Of a stretch of 64,000 nt of DNA, positions 61,097 to 64,000 are shown in pieces (position 1 is the stretch's first letter; each line of letters begins with the position of its first letter). This stretch comes from an uncultured Alphaproteobacteria bacterium (GTDB taxonomy: Bacteria > Pseudomonadota > Alphaproteobacteria > Dongiales > Dongiaceae). Location of the stretch: contig CAWENQ010000006.1 in assembly GCA_963810485.1 (NCBI GenBank), positions 89,111 to 153,110 on the forward strand. Direction: 5' to 3'. Below the pieces are notes generated by a model. That model saw only the letters and a program-made list of their open reading frames with translations, was not told the DNA's origin and did not search any database. A program made the translations under genes and the position numbers.

Positions 61097-62197
61097 ATGG
61101 ACAAGGACCAGATCCTCGAACAAATGCGCAGCGGCCCGTATTCGCGGCGCCGTTTCAACCAACTTCTGGCGGGCACGGGCCTCAGCCTGGTGACGATCCC
61201 TGTGTTTGACAAACCGGCGCGGGCCGACGAGCAGGCGATCATCTTCACCTGGTCGGGCTATGACGTGCCGGAAGCGCATCCGGCCTATGACGCAAAGTAT
61301 GGCGCGCCGGACATGCCGCTGTTCTCCGACGAGGAAGAGGCGTTCCAGAAATTGCGCGCCGGATACCAGGTGGACATCGCCCACCCCTGCAGCGGCCGCA
61401 TCAACCGCTGGCGTTCGGCCAATCTGCTGCAGCCGATCGACACCTCGAAGCTCTCCAATTGGGGCGATGTGTTCGAGGGCCTCAAGGTGGTGAACGACGC
61501 CAACAAGGACGGCGCTCAGTGGTTCGTGCCCTGGGACTGGGGCAATACCTCGGTGATCTATCGGGCCGACTTGGTGGACGTGAAAGAGGAGTCCTGGAGC
61601 ATCCTCTGGGACGAGCGCTACGCCGGCAAGATCGCCATGGGCAACGACATCACGGATACCTCGATCATCTGCGGCCTGCTGATCGGCGCCGCCGATCCCT
61701 ACGAGATGACCGACGAGGAAATCGAGAAGGTGCGCCTGCTGCTGCAGAAGCAGAAGCCGCTGCTGCGCATGTACTGGAGCGACTCGACGGAATTCGAGCA
61801 GGCGATGGCGACCGGCGAGATCGTGGTGGCGAGCGCCTGGAACAGCTCGGTGGCGACGCTGCGCAGCCAGGGTGTCGACGTGAAGTACATGACGCCGAAG
61901 GAAGGCCGGTTGAATTGGTGCTGCGGCCTGGTGCTGCAAACCAACGCGCCCCATCCGGAAAAGGCCCACGAGCTGATGGACGCGATGCTGGACCCGAAAG
62001 CCGGCGAGTGGCTCATCAACTACGGCTACGGCCACTCTAACCGCAAGACCTTCGACTTGGTCACCGAAGAGCTGCTGGCCGAGCGCGGCTTTCCCAAGGA
62101 CCCATCGGACTTCCTCAAATCCGGCACCTTCAGCAAGGAGAACACGCGGGTCGACGACCTGCAGAAGATGTTCGAGGGCGTGAAGGCGGGGATCTAG
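61097..62197 (+). CDS. PotD/PotF-like ABC transporter substrate-binding protein with Tat-type signal
   Basis: ATG 61097 with a GGGAGA SD. SRRRFNQLLAGTGLSLV twin-arginine motif. Periplasmic binding protein fold signatures are present. No cognate permease or ATPase gene is adjacent. Confidence 0.75.
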   Translation: MDKDQILEQMRSGPYSRRRFNQLLAGTGLSLVTIPVFDKPARADEQAIIFTWSGYDVPEAHPAYDAKYGAPDMPLFSDEEEAFQKLRAGYQVDIAHPCSGRINRWRSANLLQPIDTSKLSNWGDVFEGLKVVNDANKDGAQWFVPWDWGNTSVIYRADLVDVKEESWSILWDERYAGKIAMGNDITDTSIICGLLIGAADPYEMTDEEIEKVRLLLQKQKPLLRMYWSDSTEFEQAMATGEIVVASAWNSSVATLRSQGVDVKYMTPKEGRLNWCCGLVLQTNAPHPEKAHELMDAMLDPKAGEWLINYGYGHSNRKTFDLVTEELLAERGFPKDPSDFLKSGTFSKENTRVDDLQKMFEGVKAGI

Positions 62198-62272
62198 TTT
62201 CCGGCCATTCGAGCAGACAAAAATGGGGCGGCCCGCGGGCCGCCCCATTCGTTTCCGATATGTAGAGGTAGC

Positions 62273-63136
62273 CTACGCCAGATTCTTCTTGAAGAACTCG
62301 ATCGTGCGGCCCCAGGCGAGTTCCGCGGCTTCCTTGTTGTAGCGCGCGTCGTTGGTGTCGTTGTTGAAGGCATGCTGCGCGCCCGGATACATGAAGACCT
62401 CATAGGTCTTGCCGTTGGCTTTCAGCGCCGCCTCGTAGTCGGCGATGCCCGCATTGATGCGCTCGTCGTTCTCCGCATATTGCAGCAGCAGCGGCGCCTT
62501 GATGGCGGCGACGCGGGCGGCATCCACCTGCCGGCCGTAATAGGCGACGCCGGCGTTGAGGTCGAGGCTGCGCACGGCGAGCTCGTTGACCATGCCGCCG
62601 CCCCAGCAGAAGCCCACCGCCCCCACCTTGCCATTGCCGTCGGGATGGGCCGCGAGGAACGGCACCGCCGCGGCGAGACGCTGGGCGTTGAGTTCGGGGT
62701 CCAGCGCGCCGATCATGTCGCGGGCCTTGTCGGCATCTTCGGGCGTGCCGCCGTCGCGCGACAGCATGTCCACGGCGAGAGCGTTGTAGCCTTCGAGCGC
62801 CACCCGGCGGGCGACGTCGCGGATATGGGGATTGAGACCCCGGTTCTCGTGGATGACGATCACCGAGCCTCGCTTGGCCGCCTCGACCGGCCGCACGAAG
62901 TAGCCATTGATGGCACCATCGGGACCGGGATAGCTGGTGTCTTCGGCCTTCAGCCGGCTGTCATCGGCGGCGACGATTTCGGCATGGGCGTAGTTGTTTT
63001 CGAGCACCGAGAGCAACGCTGACGCCGCGGCCGTGCCGCCTGCAAGCTGGGTCAGGCGCTGCATGAAGCTGCGGCGATCCATGCCGCCATGGGTGAAGCG
63101 GTCGAACAGATTGATGATGTCCTGATTGACGGTCAT
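62273..63136 (-). CDS. dienelactone hydrolase family protein with Tat-type signal
   Basis: DRRSFMQRLTQLAGGTAAASAL...VIVIHENRGLNPHIRDVARR...GAVGFCWGGG...PGAQHAFNND. Confidence 0.85.
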   Translation of the reverse strand: MTVNQDIINLFDRFTHGGMDRRSFMQRLTQLAGGTAAASALLSVLENNYAHAEIVAADDSRLKAEDTSYPGPDGAINGYFVRPVEAAKRGSVIVIHENRGLNPHIRDVARRVALEGYNALAVDMLSRDGGTPEDADKARDMIGALDPELNAQRLAAAVPFLAAHPDGNGKVGAVGFCWGGGMVNELAVRSLDLNAGVAYYGRQVDAARVAAIKAPLLLQYAENDERINAGIADYEAALKANGKTYEVFMYPGAQHAFNNDTNDARYNKEAAELAWGRTIEFFKKNLA

Positions 63137-63278
63137 ACAAGCCTCCCTTGCAATGCTTCGCCGCGGCGCGTCTTCAGCAACGCGCCAATCCAATTGCATA
63201 TAGGAAGCAGTAGCACCGATGCCAACGCGGGAATTTCACGAGTTCGCGAGCAATTCCGCGGCCAATTCCTCGATTGGT

Positions 63279-64000
63279 CTAGAAGCGATCGATGCGATAG
63301 GGCGCGAGGTCGAGGCGCGCATCGCGGCCGGCGACGATGTCGGAGAGAATCCGCCCGGTCACGCCGGCCAGCGTCAGGCCGAGATGGCCATGGCCGAAGC
63401 CGAAGAAGACGTTGGGATGCTTGCTGGAGCGGTCGATGACCGGGAGGGAGTTCGGGCATTGAGGGCCGGAAGCCCATCCAAGGCACGCCCCCGGCCTCGT
63501 TCAGGCCCGGCAGCATGCGGCGGCCGCGCTCGGCGATGATGCGGGCCCGGGCGTAGTCCGGCGCCGCCTTGAGGCCGCCCAGCTCCACCGTGCCCGCCAG
63601 GCGCAGGCCCTGCTCGAGCGGCGTCGCCACGAAGGTGTATTCGCCGGAACAGATGGGCATGCGCGGCGTCACGCCGGGGTTCGGATACATCATGTGATAG
63701 CCACGTTCGGTATCCAGCAGCGGATCGTGGCCAAGCTGGCGGCAGAGGGTGCGCGACCAGGCGCCAGCGGTGACGACCACGGCATCGGCGACGTGGCGGC
63801 CGGTGCGGGTCACCACGGCATTCGGATGGCCGGCAGTATCGAAGGCGAAACCGGTGACGTCTTCCCTCACCAATTTTCCCCCATTGCGCACCAGATTCTC
63901 CGCCAGCACCTGTACCAACCGGAAATTGTCGGTCACATAGGCGTTCTCGGGATGGTAGATGCCGTGCTTGAAGATCGGCGCCAGGCTCGGCTCGAGCTGG
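63279..64000 (-). pseudogene. FAD-dependent oxidoreductase (D-amino-acid dehydrogenase-like), partial (5' end outside window) and frameshifted as assembled
   Basis: ...LEPSLAPIFKHGIYHPENAYVTDNFRLVQVL...WMGFRPSMP. Removing one A at about 63451 gives DSLPVIDRSSKHPNVFFGFGHGHLGLTLAGVTGRILSDIVAGRDARLDLAPYRIDRF, with the stop at 63279. Confidence 0.75.

Overview
High-GC alphaproteobacterial chromosomal segment (a MucR/Ros regulator and SAM-II-type leaders point to that class). It holds about 60 genes, mostly core metabolism. Order along the window:
- Minus-strand block thiL-nusB-ribH-ribBA-ribE-ribD-nrdR-glyA-rpiB, then mucR.
- A branched-chain amino acid ABC transporter operon (extra livH paralog, livH, livM, livG, livF, small membrane protein, livJ).
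- CGNR zinc-finger gene, gcdH, an LpxL-like ORF, and an AT-rich island carrying an unlisted 29-codon ORF.
- Fe-ADH, a marR-like gene, and an osmC-like gene plus metY behind two SAM-II-like RNA motifs.
- A candidate operon (Rieske fusion, SDR, arylamine N-acetyltransferase) facing a Cys-rich wHTH regulator.
- hemB, an S51 lipoprotein, two alpha/beta hydrolases, an EamA transporter, ornithine decarboxylase and malonyl-CoA decarboxylase.
- CoA-transferase plus penicillin-acylase-family gene, threonine dehydratase plus CBS plus cystathionine gamma-lyase, RDD, bpt, an AI-2E transporter and parC.
- A methyltransferase, a Met-rich protein plus copG (DUF411), a class III cyclase, a 3-hydroxyisobutyrate dehydrogenase (HIBDH)-like gene and a SnoaL-like gene.
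- An RTX protein, a degenerate cupredoxin, a YVTN propeller and an HK/RR pair.
- An ETHE1-like MBL gene, a 1-Cys peroxiredoxin, a PotD-like binding protein, a dienelactone hydrolase and a partial dadA-like gene.

I found no rRNA, tRNA, CRISPR array, transposase, integrase or prophage genes.

The most striking global property is about two dozen frame-breaking 1-nt indels. They hit the essential genes parC and ribH and cluster in the liv operon and in the SDR/Rieske genes. Most are probably assembly errors, so several track ORFs are fragments or artificial fusions.

Best candidates for new biology are the tandem SAM-II-like leader, the Rieske-fusion/SDR/NAT operon with its palindromic operator and Cys-rich regulator, the Met-rich protein/CopG locus with a triplicated signal-peptide module, and the small-ORF AT-rich island. 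I see no defence-system-like or other obviously novel multi-gene machine. All family calls come from motif recognition by eye, not from searches.
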